Assembly (NCBI GenBank): GCA_973895155.1
Contig: OZ316896.1
Span: 8,577,539-8,641,538, forward strand
Reading direction: 5' to 3'
Origin: Marsupella aquatica
Lineage: Eukaryota > Plantae > Marchantiophyta
Length of the DNA stretch: 64,000 bases
In this document: piece after piece, positions 1 through 12,574 of the stretch
Layout of the letters: every line of letters starts with the position of its first letter
Numbering within the stretch: position 1 is the first letter of the stretch
Translations under genes and position numbers: made by a program
Notes under the pieces: model-generated
What the model saw: the letters and a program-made list of their open reading frames with translations, nothing else
Told to the model about the DNA's origin: nothing
Database searches by the model: none

Positions 1-114
1 TTCTGCTGCTTTGCTTTGGGTGACCTCTGGATTGTCATGGGAAAATGCCAATTCCACTTGATTATGTTCTGCTGCTTTGCTTTGGGTGACCTCTGGATTG
101 TCATGGGAAAATGC
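1..114. repeat. Direct repeat with 66-bp period (48 bp identical at 1-48 and 67-114)
   Basis: ttctgctgctttgctttgggtgacctctggattgtcatgggaaaatgc occurs twice; the array may continue beyond the window start. Confidence 0.9.
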
Positions 115-226
115 GTGCTCAAAAGCCAGCCTTACCAACTCTCCATGATTCTCGCCTTGAATGACAGCGTTTCCTGGAGCACATTGACACAGATCCTAGA
201 AGACTCGCCCTTCGATGAGACTTTGA

Positions 227-622
227 TCATGGTTTTCCACTGGTTGCCTCCCTTCCGGCTTTCCGTGCTTTCACAGCTGCACCTCCTTGCGCCCTGGCTT
301 CCTTCGCTGCTCTCTCCTCTTTTATTTTGTTGGCCGCAGCTTCCTTCGCCTCAGCTGCAGCTGCCCTGCGAGCCGCTGCAGCCTCAGCTTGCTTCTCTTT
401 GGTCGCACCTCGATCCAACGCAGCCTTGGCAGCTGCTGCTTTCTCGGCATTCGCCCTCGCCAAAGCAGCGTCCTCAGCAGCAGCTCTTTCTCGTCCGCCA
501 GCCTCGAGGGCACTCTCTTTCTCCGCAGCAACTTTGGTAGCATTGTCCTTGGCAGCTGCTATTCTCTCCTTCTCCCTGGCCCGATCCTGTTCAAGAGTGG
601 TCGGCTCGCTTGGTTCTCCCAT
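227..622 (-). CDS. Ala/Glu/Lys/Arg-rich hydrophilic helical protein, LEA-like (131 aa)
   Basis: ATG-initiated ORF MGEPSEPTTLEQDRAREKERIAAAKDNATKVAAEKE..., almost free of aromatic and Cys residues. Composition resembles LEA_1/seed-maturation proteins; the family call rests on composition only. Confidence 0.55.
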   Translation of the reverse strand: MGEPSEPTTLEQDRAREKERIAAAKDNATKVAAEKESALEAGGRERAAAEDAALARANAEKAAAAKAALDRGATKEKQAEAAAARRAAAAEAKEAAANKIKEERAAKEARAQGGAAVKARKAGREATSGKP

Positions 623-1847
623 GGTCGCTGTTCTCTTTCTGCGATAGAGGTTCGTTCAAGATTGAAGTATGAGACGATGAACCGTTGTACTATAGCGAAG
701 TTCTGTTTCTTTGAAATTTCCCCAATTTCTGTCCCCATCACGAGAAAAAGTAAGTATCGTGGATCAGTAAAGATTGAATGACTGAATGAAGCCTGTTAGT
801 ACTGTACATAAGTTTTTGTTAAATTTCCTTTCAATTTAGATTCCATGAGATAGGAAAACATCTTCTGGAAAATGGTCTCTCGATAGTTCCCTTAGTTGGC
901 TTCAATTCAAGTTCGTTAAATTCTTTGTGCACTAAGTTGTATCTCCTTTTGAAGGGCAAATCTTAGCCTAATTTCGTGTGAATCGATGTTACCAGGGGTA
1001 GTAAGATGCAAGTTATGATGAGCAATTGAGCACATTTCCTATTCAAGGTTTTCAATAGATGATTGAGCTTCTGCTGCCACGAATGGGGACAAAGAGAACG
1101 GCCAATGACTTTCCTAAGTACTATATCATTTCATCTAGAGTTCAATGTACTTGTAATGCAAGTTTTACAGACTGCCGAACAGGATGGATTCCGTGCTCCT
1201 GGTCTAGGGAAATGATTCTGTGACAATAAACAAGAGGAGCATGGCTGCCCGTGCCAGGTTTTCGGATGCAAATGAAGGAAACTTTGACATGATATGGACA
1301 CGGCTTTTGGTTAGAAGGACAAACAGAGACAAGGTGGGCCTTGGAAGGTTATTTCGATGCAAATGCGGGAAACTTGACATGATATGTGGACAATCTGATT
1401 CTCTATTCCATTTTACAAAATGGAACACAGTGCAGGTGATCGGTATTCATTCAGTCCCAAATTGAAGTAACTTATGAAGACTTCTCCCTCTACCTTGAGA
1501 ATTAACAGCAGGGTTCACCTACTACTCTCAAGTCCGTGTGGTTGAATCTTTCACGTAATCGTTTCAGATCGATGCCAAATCTGCACTAGATCGTGTCCAT
1601 ATATGAGTTCTCCTCATCAATTCTTCCAACTCAGAGGAACCAAATTTGGTAAAACAATAGGTCAATAATTATTACGGAGTAACTGTAATTATCATCACAG
1701 GCATCTCGAGGAGAGCGATCAATCTGGGAATTCAAGTGAGTTCTATGATAAATTAAAGGGTCAATAACTCTTCGTTAGAGTCTGTTCGATCCCTATCCCT
1801 ACGATCTTTCAGCTTTTGAAAGGTTGTGTCCCTTCAGAATTCCCTGA

Positions 1848-2734
1848 CTATGAAACATTGGAGTGTTCGTATAGCTTTACTGGCATTTCTGATGCGCATT
1901 TGTCCCTGAAGTGGAAGAACTAGCTAGTTCTGGGAATTGGAGCACCAATTCCTGGTATAATCAATTAACCCTAATAAAAAGGAAGTAACTCTAAGAGTAC
2001 CGAGCCTATGACTGTGGTGATATATCTCCAGACCATGATAGTTTTATACTTGAAGCGGAATTGGCCAGCGAGGACAAACGAGATAGTTGTCCTCATTGCA
2101 AAAAACATCTCTCCCTAAAAGTCATTTAATTTTCATTTCCAATGCTGTAACTGATATTAAGTATCAGCGATCTATGCAGTATTCCAACTTGAAATTGAGG
2201 CATTTACTAAATCCAACCTATGGAATAGTCTGTGTTCATCGGATATCTGTGCAATGGCTTCGAACAAGACACATACCCCACGCAAGCAAGGGTGTCGCGC
2301 GACGCCCTGCCAAAAGACATCACTTCGGAATGAGATTTGGTGAACTCGACGTTCTCGAATTGCACCCGCTTAACATTGTCTGCAACGTCAGCTTTCGCCC
2401 AAATAGCCTCTCGTTCGATTTCTCCAGTAGGCTCGGCAAAACGAATTGACGGACCATAATTGTTGTTTCTAGACTGATGTGCGTTGGTTCCCACAATTTC
2501 GTCCGACAGGGTGGGCCTGGTGAAACCATACGGCGAGGGCATTGTACTTGCCAAGAGATAATTCTCACTGGTGGCGCCTGCAGCAGGCGTGCTAAGCAAC
2601 CACTGAAAACTGTGTTCATTTGGTGTAGACGAAGCTTCAACCACCAATAGACCTGCAGTCAACATCATCATCACTTGCAACATGCCCTTGTTCACCAAGG
2701 AGAACTCCAGTACGTTCGAGTGCGGCCGAGCCAT
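1848..2734 (-). CDS. Putative two-exon secreted protein of unknown family (exons 2734-2277 and 1905-1848)
   Basis: ATG at 2734; hydrophobic segment MLQVMMMLTAGLLVVEAS; donor GG|gtatgt at 2276; acceptor cttccacttcag at 1906. The phases match, giving ...LACVG-DKCASEMPVKLYEHSNVS*. Confidence 0.5.
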
Positions 2735-3435
2735 TTCTAGATAAATCAACGTGTTAGAGAACCGGGCCGTCGATCGGATCTCCACTGAATCAATCGATTT
2801 AGTTCCTCAATCGATCAGTCAATCCGGATTCTACTCAGTGTCTAGACCCCCAAGTTACTATAGTGAGCTATCATTCCAGGACATCCAACGATGCTATCAA
2901 TGTCCCGCGAAACTGTTAACCTGAGCTAAAACTCGAATCTAGTCAAGTTAAAGCTGATCTGAAGAGCACTAGATCAGTCCCTCGAACTTTAGCATTGAGC
3001 TGTTTCCCTTCATATCATCCCTAATAAAGAGAAAGGGTAGGAAACAGAGCAGCCGTCTAAATAATCAAAAACCGTCCTACTCAATTTTGATGCCACTATA
3101 TATATGACAGAACCTGACTAACGAGATTCGACATTGATCACGAAGAAAATAAAATTCTCCATCTGAGGTAGAAACAAGTTCTTCGAATGTTTCTGTTGCC
3201 GACTAGTGGCGTGTCTCGATCCGAGACAAGACTGTGCAAGAAACTCCTTGATTACTCCGACCGGCAGTGAAGCTGACGAACAAGATTGTGAACAAAGCAG
3301 CTTCAATTTCGCAGTGAACTCGTCGCGGTCCTCGGCGCAATTCCGCGATTAGATCGGGGTGCAGCTTCGAGTGTGTGGCGCAAGGCAAACAAAGGTTCTG
3401 CGCTCTCGCCGAGCAAACGAGTGTAGATATGGCAC

Positions 3436-3634
3436 GAAATTGAAACTGAACATTCGGGTGCTGGGAATAACGCTGGAATGAAATTCCACCATCACGCGAC
3501 TCACGTTGGTTGTGTGAATCTAACGAGTGTAGAGTATTGCATGAAATTGAAATTGAACACTCCGGTGCTAGGAACAAGGCTGAAATGAAATTGCACCACT
3601 CCAGCACGCCAAGCACGTTTGTTGCGTGAATCTA
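3436..3634. repeat. Degenerate tandem duplication, about 107-bp period, 2 copies
   Basis: gaaattgaaa(c/t)tgaaca...ggtgct.ggaa...gaatgaaatt.cacca...cacgtt.gttg.gtgaatcta occurs twice. Confidence 0.75.
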
Positions 3635-4851
3635 GAATTCTCGAAGTCTGAATAGGACCCGGAATTGAATCACGAGGCTACCACGTTCCTTCCTTCCTCG
3701 ACTCTTTTAAGCACGTGGTTGTTATTCGAAATTTAGAAGGGAGGACATTGCCCGGAAACTTAAACCTGTGGCCCAAGACACGTGTGTTGTGACTTGTTCT
3801 ACGAAATACGTAAATTGAGATGAGGACGATCATATGGCGAAAACACACAGCGCTAAACTCACAGCGCTGTAGTGATACAAAACTCCAGATGTAGACTTGC
3901 TCGAGGGAAACGTGGGTCCCAAGGTCACTTTGTCTGCAACCGGGCCCCATGGAATAAATTACTCTCCATGCTGGATTTGGACACTCCGCTGAACACTGAC
4001 CGATGCCATGGAGGTACGGTTTTTGACTCCAATCGACGGTAGAGGGCTCGGTATACAAGGATTGAACCGACCGTGTATAGCGATGGAGCGATCGAGAACC
4101 CAGTGCCTTTAGGTTTCGAACAATTTCAAAGAATTATACTCCAACAAACAGCGTACAATTTCTTCTGCTTCCCTATGGATGCGATCCTATCTAGTGGGTG
4201 TTATTCATTGAATTAAAAAATATCTTCAATCGTCGAGGTAGTAAGGAAGCATACAACGTGGCTGGCCGGGTCGCCAGGTATACCACTGAAAAGTGACCGG
4301 AGGTTGTCGTGCAGACAACACCAGCGAAGTGAACCTAAAGTTCATGCGATCGTTCAGAACGAACTGGCGATAGCAATTTCTGAGATAAATCGGCAGGTAG
4401 CAGCAGCACCTTGATTGGCCGCCCCTTCTCTCTAAGTGTCAAAAACGCGTGCGATGGTCACAATTGGGTAGAGGGCCATTCTTCGAGTTCAAGTAACTGC
4501 GTTTCTTTGAGTAGACTCTTCGCAACTACGGTTGTGGTGAGAGTATCCGGCAAATTTCTGACCGCATATATACTCTTCTCACCAAGAGGGCAGGACAGAA
4601 CGGTTGATGCACTCAAGGTCATCATCGCGCACATCGTCCTCTTTAGAATTCTCGTGGTTATGCTCGTTTTCGCGGCTCCAACAAGTATTGCACGTAATTG
4701 AGTTAGCATATGCATTGTCAACATACCCCACATTAAGAAGGGTTAGTAATCACCGCTGGAGATTCTACCGGCTTGCCCAGCTCATTTCAACCAAAGAAGG
4801 TTCGCGTCCCAGGCTAGGTCAGGATCGATCTCTTCCAATTGGACTGCAAGG

Positions 4852-5268
4852 ATGCATGAGGACAAACATATGGCGAACTCTTCTGATCGACAGTTTTCGA
4901 GTTGGTCCGATTCTGACCGAACTGAAGTAGGTGACGGTTGCTGCAACCGAATTCAGCACTTAGAACTGCAAACAAGTGTAGATTTGCTGCATTCTTGGTC
5001 TGAGGATTGTTCGTCTAAAGCGAATGTCAAACAGTTTGGGGATGAGAAGACAAACCAGTTGGGCCCGACAAGACAAGCGCTGAGGAGTGCTGTCAAGCCA
5101 CCTAGGGCGAGAAGGGCTGCTGTCTTGCCTGCGTCGTCGAAGCACGTTACTTTTCAGACACCAGAAGCATCAGATTCACAAGGAGGTTCAGGAAAACTTG
5201 CACCGAGGAAAAGATTACAAAAGCTGGGCAGAATCCGGGTTCGAGATTTTGACGTATCTAAGACATAA
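4852..5268 (+). CDS. Hypothetical disordered protein with an RVxF-like motif (KHVTF)
   Basis: 138-aa ATG ORF rich in Ser/Asp/Arg; contains LRSAVK followed by KHVTF. No family recognised. Confidence 0.35.
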   Translation: MHEDKHMANSSDRQFSSWSDSDRTEVGDGCCNRIQHLELQTSVDLLHSWSEDCSSKANVKQFGDEKTNQLGPTRQALRSAVKPPRARRAAVLPASSKHVTFQTPEASDSQGGSGKLAPRKRLQKLGRIRVRDFDVSKT

Positions 5269-6934
5269 TAACATCTCCAAAGAATATGACCGACTACTAT
5301 TCATGATGCTTGCACAATCTGTGCTTATCGGTATCCTGTGACCCGACGAAACTCGCGAATGACGAAAATTTAGCAGCGAACTTGTTAGAAAAATGGATTT
5401 CGCATGTTTAACCTTTGTATCGAGACTTTCTTGGAATTTTTTCTCCGATTCGATGTCTGCTCAAAGTACTTCCGCTACGGACACGGCCTCACCGGGGGCC
5501 TCACAGGTGGTACTTGCATCTGCAGCATCTCCTTATACAACCGCACTATGCCGGGACTGCTCTGATTTGTGTGTCGACAACTTCATGTCCATTCCAGACC
5601 TGGTGCTACGGCCAGATTTGATCGAATCGAGGCTGGGAAATAAAGTCAAATTCTAGTAGCTAGTCTACACAAAATGACAATTGTCTAGACGATTGCGGGA
5701 ATGGGAGGAAGAGTCCGAGAATTGTCAATCACGGCTACCAAAAAACTTAGTACCCAATCTTCAGCTAGTCTGTGTAAATGACACTTCTCTATAAGTGCGA
5801 GAATTGCATTCTAGTTCTTCGATGGCGCCGTCAGTTGACCGCAAATCATTTTTGTTGGGTAGCAGTAACGTATAGTTGGGTGGAGGCCCCCAACATACCA
5901 CATTCGATGGCTTAAGAGCACTATCAAATTGTGCTGCAGCGAGCTATTTTGAACCATTCATAGTTTATAGGTGCCACACAATAATTATCTTCAACAGGCC
6001 TTCTCCAAGTTTTTGGGCCATAGATAAATGGCCATTTCAGAGGGTCACGACAAGTTTTCTTCTCTTTTCACTACCCTCTTGAGTGACTTATAATTTTTAT
6101 GGAAAAAAGTTATGGATTAATACTAATTTGGCATTCCATAACTTTTTCTGTCAACCTTACTCAGTTGTTAGGGTCCATCAAATTGTGAAGTTTGAGACCC
6201 CCTAATGAATTCAAGGCAATGCATTAATTTGGATTGTCGGTGATTATCAGTGATTATTGCGTATAGATCCAAGTGTACTTAGTTTAGTTCTCAACTTAAA
6301 ACCCTCATTTGAGTTCCACACCCATAGTCTACTTCTGTCTGACTTCTTTTCAACTTAAGACTCTCATAGGATGAATGATCCCCGTGGATAGTCATTAGCT
6401 AATTTACACCTAAAAGAAACAGTGACCTGTAACAGTTGCGGATTAGAAAGATGTTCCAAATAGTTTTTTCAATGCACTTCAACCAACTCCAAGTTATTGA
6501 TTTATTTTTTATTTGTGTCAGTACTTATTTTGACAACTTTTGTATTTCTATTTAATCTTGGTCAAAATTTTCCATCATGTTCTCTTGTGCCCAATCTATA
6601 TCACAGAATTTTAGGTGTTTCTGGTTCCATTTGTCACAAGCCCAAAGATGGTCAAATACTATTAACCAATTGCAAATAGACGCTTCATTTTTGTTAAGGA
6701 CTCCCCTGAGTCATTAGGGCATAAGCAAAGAATTATCTTTGGGTCAACTAATTGAACCAACTGTAAACTTTCAGGAGCCTTTTTAGAGATCACATTTCAG
6801 TCCAATCTATTAAAGCACTACCCTAACATTTTTAGAAATTATGAGCCAGTCCATCCAAGGTTTGGAAATCCATCCAGACTTCCCCAACAAACTCTTGTGT
6901 CTGTCCAGCTTTAGTTAAATTCATTCTCAGCCTA

Positions 6935-9470
6935 ATTTTTAAGGTGTTAATTTTCTTTTAGCCACCGTGTATCATGACACCTTGTGTGTTGGAGAGGATG
7001 CCAAGAATATTCCTTATCAAATTTTCCTAGATTAGTTTCTGATTGTTAGGTCTTCCTAGACTTAACGATTAGGATCAGATCCTAGCTAAATGGGGTCTGG
7101 TGTGAACGGATTAATGGAAGACAAAAACTCAGCAATATTTTGCCAAAAGTGGCAAAGCCATTTTGGAGCTTGCTAAAGATTTTTGCCACCGAGATACCGC
7201 CCGTACTCCAGCCTGAGCTTGGCTGGCTATGAGGTGCCTGAAGTTTCATAATTCCCATGCTAGGGGTTCTGTCCAGCTCATATTACTTTAAGAAAAGGGG
7301 CATCAATACCAAGCAGCTGACTACTAACGGTGTAGGGCGGCAAGGTACCTGGGCCCTCCAGGAAACAGAACCTCACTCATCAGGCCAAGTGCCCGGCCAT
7401 GTGATAAAAAAAAATGGCTTAAGCTAAAATTGATTAAAAAAAAAAGTGTAAAGAAAATTACAAGGATTGGAGGGGTTGATTCTAATGAGGTTGGAGGGGG
7501 GAAATCCAACATGGGAAAAGAACTCATTTTCTAAGGACAAGAATACTGAAAGAGGGAGAGAGCACGGGAAGGAGGGGTTGTCTCACATAATTATTTTCAT
7601 GGAAATAACAAACAAGGGCACATATTTTAATTGGCCTTGCTGGGACTAACATTTTAAGCTAATCCCTACTGAAAGAATTTTTTTCATATTAGAGAGAGAG
7701 GGTAGAAAACAGCACTGTCAAGGGTGATATAAAAAACAGCGCCTTTCCTCAACCAATGAGAATGCAAATAACATGTACTCTGCTTTTCTTTGTGGGAGCT
7801 GTGGATGTGACCAACACCATTCTTTTAAGGATAGCCCTGGCTACCGTAGCTGACAATTTTTTGAGCAAAAAAAAGTTTGCCAGATTCCATCTTTGCCACA
7901 GACCCCCACTACCGTAGCTCAAATCTGACAGTTATTCTCTTAAGACTTAAAATCTACAAAGATGTTAATAAGGTTCAAAATTAATTTGAAGGTCAAAAAT
8001 TAATTCAGAATAATTGGAGAATCATTCGTTTTGTTAGCATCATCTCCTGCCCCAAAAGGTGACGTTAGCCAGCCCTGAGAAAAAAGAGAAAAAAACCTTC
8101 ACTTCCTCGCCCAAGCCGTAAACTTCACCCGACCCGTGTCCCAACGTCCCAACCGTACCGTCAACTCAGTGTTGACCAAAATCGTACATTACATCCCTAC
8201 CCAGTTTTTCCACGTGCCTGGAAGCTGCTCGTTAGTTGATCTGGCGATTGCGCCGCACCGCAAGATCGAACCGCATCGGTGCCGGGCACCGTCGGTAGAC
8301 GGCACGCAGTCAGTTCCTGAGCCTTTCCCTTTGGGCTTTTCTTTCACGGGTGGCGTTACTTCCGTGATCCGCGGCGCAACCCATAAGATCGCGACAGGCC
8401 GCGTAGATCCGTCCATTGACAAGGAGCAGAATGTCGAACAGATACGGTAAGATCATTTTCTGCCTTCGTCCCTCTTTCGGTCTTTCCCTCTTCGCGTCAA
8501 GGTGTTGAGAAGCGGGCTGCGCCGCGTGGGAAGTGGAACGTTCAACGCGTCAGCACACAGTACATGTAACTTCGTAAGTGCACGCTCCCGGGAAGAAGCC
8601 AGGGCCTGGCACTATGCCCTTCTCGATTTTCCCTTTTGTAATTTCCAGTCAAATTAGAGAAGTATTTAAGATCTTAAGATCTGGATCAACTTCTTCTAAA
8701 GATTCTTCTCTAAGTTTACTAATCTGTGTTAAAAGAAAATTCTCTGAGGACTTTTTTGTATATTAATATCTTGTTAGGGGACCATTATGGATAATAATAG
8801 CCCCTCAAAACTGGTGCTGAAGCTCTCATTGTTTTAGCATTATGGCACAGGCCTTGTGTGCAGGACTTTGCCTTGTACTGAATGAGCTTAGTGATTTTTG
8901 TCTTGGTTATTTTGGGTTCCTGTGGAGAAGATGCACAGCCCAGATGTGGATAGGGGCATTCAAAATCTTCTTCTCTACTTTTATTAGGTAGAGTAAGACA
9001 GAAAATTGCTTTAGTCTCTCACGTATAGTAATGCCTTGATAGGAGGCAATATTGACAATAATAGCCTCTCAAGACTTAATAATACATCCCTTGAATTATC
9101 CAGTAAACCCGTGTGGAACTCTGTAAACATTCCCACATAGGATTTCATGCCTCTTATTTATTTTTAAGCCTACACTTACCTAAGCGTACATATCAGTGTT
9201 TTTTTTAGTGGCAAAAATTAGCTAGATTCCACCTCCCCAAAAATCCTTCGCCACTTTTGGCTAAAATTCGCTACTTTTTTGCTGTCTCATTAGCCAGTGT
9301 TCCACCTAATCCCAGGCCCCATTAGCCAGAATCTAACGGTCCGCCTTAAATCTAGGGAGATCTGGCGGTCTGGAACATAATTGAATACAGAATCTTTTGA
9401 GCATCTTCTCCTTTGACTCACTTTACATTCGCCACCTTGGCGAAAAAGTGAAATCCTTAAAAAAAACACT
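6935..9470. mobile_element. Decayed long-TIR (Mutator/foldback-like) element
   Basis: About 6935-7190 aligns by eye to the reverse complement of about 9208-9470 (tttgccaaaagtggcaaag vs ttagccaaaagtggcgaag; ctaaatggggtctgg vs ctaatggggcctgg; ggagaggatgc vs ggagaagatgc). No transposase ORF or TSD was resolved. Confidence 0.5.
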
Positions 9471-9881
9471 GGTACATGTACCCTTATAGAAGGTTCCCAC
9501 TTACATCGTTCTGGAGCACGCTTTGCACTTACTAAAAGTTCAAAATGGTCGGAATGAAAAGGGGACGAACCGGACAGCTTGCAAGTGGGCAGGGATTGCA
9601 CTATGGAGTGTGCACTTAGGAAGAGCCAACTGTTATGTAAATCTGTTACTCATAGTTCCGTTCAACTCGGCTTGTCCTGTTGAAACGGATCTTCCAGGTT
9701 GCTGCCTGTTCATGTCATGTCATCGGCGATTGGCGTGGCAATTGGCTTTAGGGTTCAGTAATCGTGTCGCTGTCGCCATACGTCTTCTTACTTTTGAGTC
9801 AGCTTCCGAGTTGTGGTGCAAGATCGTGTTGGCAAGATTGACGAGTGAGCTGCCTAAAACTACGGGCGGAGGACTCCGATC

Positions 9882-9891
9882 TATATATATA
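9882..9891 (+). promoter_or_regulatory. Candidate TATA box of the C2-domain gene
   Basis: tatatatata about 300 bp upstream of the ATG at 10190. Confidence 0.35.
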
Positions 9892-10189
9892 GCTGAGAGT
9901 AAGCTGAAAGTACGTTGCTCCTCTTCAAGTTGGATTGGTATCCGCCATTTTTGCGAAACTCTCGCCTAGTCCGTTGTTGTTGTCTATTGAGGTGGAGTTC
10001 GTGCAACAACAGAATTAAGTCGGTGGTACTTCCTCTCGTGGGGAGCTCGATATCTAAGTAAGTTGTTCAAAGCAGCAGGCAGTGGGAGGAGTTTGTGGGC
10101 ATTGCAGACAACCGGGCATTGTTATTTGGCGATCTTGCGATTTTGGTTCGACCAGTAGTTGAGAGGGGTTCTGTTTGTACAAGGATAGT

Positions 10190-11233
10190 ATGGGAACGGA
10201 GGAGAGGACGTTGGAGCTGAATGTGATCTCGGCCAAGGACCTGAAGAAGGTTAGGAAATTTGGTCCTGATATCTGCTATGCAGTAGCGTACATTCGCGCG
10301 AGAGAGAAGAAGGCTACAGCGGTCGATAAGGAAGGGGCGAACAACCCTGTATGGAATTCGAAGCTGGTCTTGACTTGTGACGAGTCGCTTCTGCACCGAG
10401 GCGCGGGAGTCATCACGGTGGAGATCTACAGTCACGGCTCTTTCAGTAACAAGTTGGTGGGAAGTTCAAAGATTTCACTTCTCGATGTTGGCAAGCTATT
10501 AAATCACTCAAGGTCGCCCTCGTCTATGGCATACGAGGTGCGTAGGCCTTCCGGAAAAGTAAGGGGCACTCTCACTGTTAGTCTGAAACTGGGGGAGAAA
10601 AGAGCCATTAGAAATAATGCTCAAGTGCCGTATTACACCACGCCTAATTCTGTATACCCTCCGATGCCAAGGGGCCAAGGAGTCGATGCAAGCAATGGCA
10701 CTGGTTCCGTGTACCCACCCCAGAAGGCATCCACGGGTAGCAATTCCAGTTATGATGCTGGTTTAGCACCTCCTGCATCTCAAGTGTATCCTCCGCCAAT
10801 GCCGTCCACCGGTAGCAGTTACGGAGCTGGTGCTGCCAACGCAGGTCAAGTGTATCCTCCCCCAAGGGTATCCGTTGGCAACGATTCTCTCAGGACGAGG
10901 ATAGAAGAGCCAGCTGCCTATCCCCCTAGGGTGTCCGATGGTTTTGATGGTCCCAGCTCAAAGGTAGAGGAGCCAGTCATGGCATATCCTGCGCCAGGTT
11001 ATGCCGCATATCAATTTCCACCCAATCAGTATGATTCTCAGTACCCCGACGCTCAACAATACTACCCTGCTGCCCAGGCCAACGTTCCCTACAATTACCA
11101 GCAAGCCTATTATTCAAAGCCTCAGCGCGCCCCAAGGAGGCAAGGTGGAAGCGGAATGGGAATGGGATTGCTTGGAGGTGCACTAGGTGGATTACTTCTC
11201 GGAGATATGATTGGTGATATGGGAGGATTTTAG
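10190..11233 (+). CDS. SRC2-like C2-domain (Ca2+/lipid-binding) protein with Pro/Tyr-rich tail, intronless CDS
   Basis: N-terminal C2 domain (RTLELNVISAKDLKKV...YAVAYI...TAVDKEGANNPVWN...LVG...AYEVRRPSGKVRGTL), repeated VYPP motifs, and C-terminal GMGLLGGALGGLLLGDMI as in plant SRC2 homologues. The first ATG is at 10190; the track start at 10175 is TTG. Confidence 0.92.
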   Translation: MGTEERTLELNVISAKDLKKVRKFGPDICYAVAYIRAREKKATAVDKEGANNPVWNSKLVLTCDESLLHRGAGVITVEIYSHGSFSNKLVGSSKISLLDVGKLLNHSRSPSSMAYEVRRPSGKVRGTLTVSLKLGEKRAIRNNAQVPYYTTPNSVYPPMPRGQGVDASNGTGSVYPPQKASTGSNSSYDAGLAPPASQVYPPPMPSTGSSYGAGAANAGQVYPPPRVSVGNDSLRTRIEEPAAYPPRVSDGFDGPSSKVEEPVMAYPAPGYAAYQFPPNQYDSQYPDAQQYYPAAQANVPYNYQQAYYSKPQRAPRRQGGSGMGMGLLGGALGGLLLGDMIGDMGGF

Positions 11234-12574
11234 GTGGGCCGACTAGTTTGTTTTGGAGAGGCAGAACCGCCCGTACGACATCGATCAGGAGAGGAACCAT
11301 GAACTGAGGTCTTGCACAGATTTGCAGGAGTCCTCGATGACTTCTTCCACTTACCATCTCTCCCGAGGAATGCTTCGAACGTTTTGCTGATGGAACTACC
11401 CCAATGTAGCGCAATTTTGTACATGATGTGTATAGTCGTTTTAGTGTAGTGGTTGATGGTAAATCCTCCAGATGCACTACTTTTTGAGCAAAACTCGTAT
11501 GCTCATGAGGTTGTCATCTCCACGTCAATATTTAATACAGGCATATGTGATTCGTATGCACTGGTACCGTTGTCAGTAGCATCTTGAAATCTGATTTGTC
11601 ACTTTCGACCGAGTAAAATTTTCAGACGATCCTACACTCTTTGCGTACTGTACATTGCTTGAGAGTCTTTGAGGACGTGTAATTGTGTGGAATGTTTACG
11701 GGAGCTCTTCTGATAGAACGAAAAATCCATGAATCAACGCAGTAGTCCTGGCGAAGCGTGTGATTCTACGGTGTATCACCTTGCGAGCTTCATGCATGCG
11801 TCGTCGGAACGGTCAGGATAGTGTTATTACATTGAAGGGTATTGTCTCAGTGCGTTGACGCAATCCACAAAATTTGTTTCTGGGATAAGACAAATGTTCA
11901 CATTTCGTCCCTCCTCTCTAATCTGCTGCAGCCATATAGAGATCACGGGTTACCTTGTGATTATTCTGTCTAGGAATCGCTTCTGTTATGTTCAATTCTT
12001 GATGTATATCATCTTCTCCCGTTAAGCAAAGGTGTGAATCTTACATTTTGCCAGAGCTTGAAGTCATCAGGCTCCAAACCAGAACATTCGTCTTTGAAGC
12101 TGTGACAAATTAGATGTACATTCTCCGCATCTAGATTTCCATCACAAATGGAAAACGGAATTGGGGAGTGAGATAGTGGAATGGTTGATTTCAACCTCCA
12201 GTCCATCATGCCATTTGTCTGTAAGTTTACCGACAGACTTAGTTCTAAAAAACGTCAATTCCTTACGATTTCTAGAGTTGAAAGCTGGGTTAATCTTATG
12301 TGATCAATTTTAGCAATGAACTGTGATAATGCATGGCCTTTCTTTCACTAGTTGGAATTGTGAATGAATGTGAGAATGCTGGGCCTACCTAGAACCAGTT
12401 AGCTTTGTGGATGAACGGAGGGGGGTACCATGTGATTAGAATCTTCACACGAGTCACAGACAATGCCTGGTCGGGGGCTACTTTAGTGTGACCTCCTGGA
12501 AAACCAGAATTTAGTGTGAACTACTTTAATGTGACTTGCTAGGTTAAACAACTTTTTAATCCACATCCAGCCTG

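Noticed and set aside
16-781. Plus-strand ORFs 16-540, 287-781 and 327-647
   Set aside because: Antisense shadows of the low-complexity Ala-rich minus-strand ORF, with non-ATG starts.
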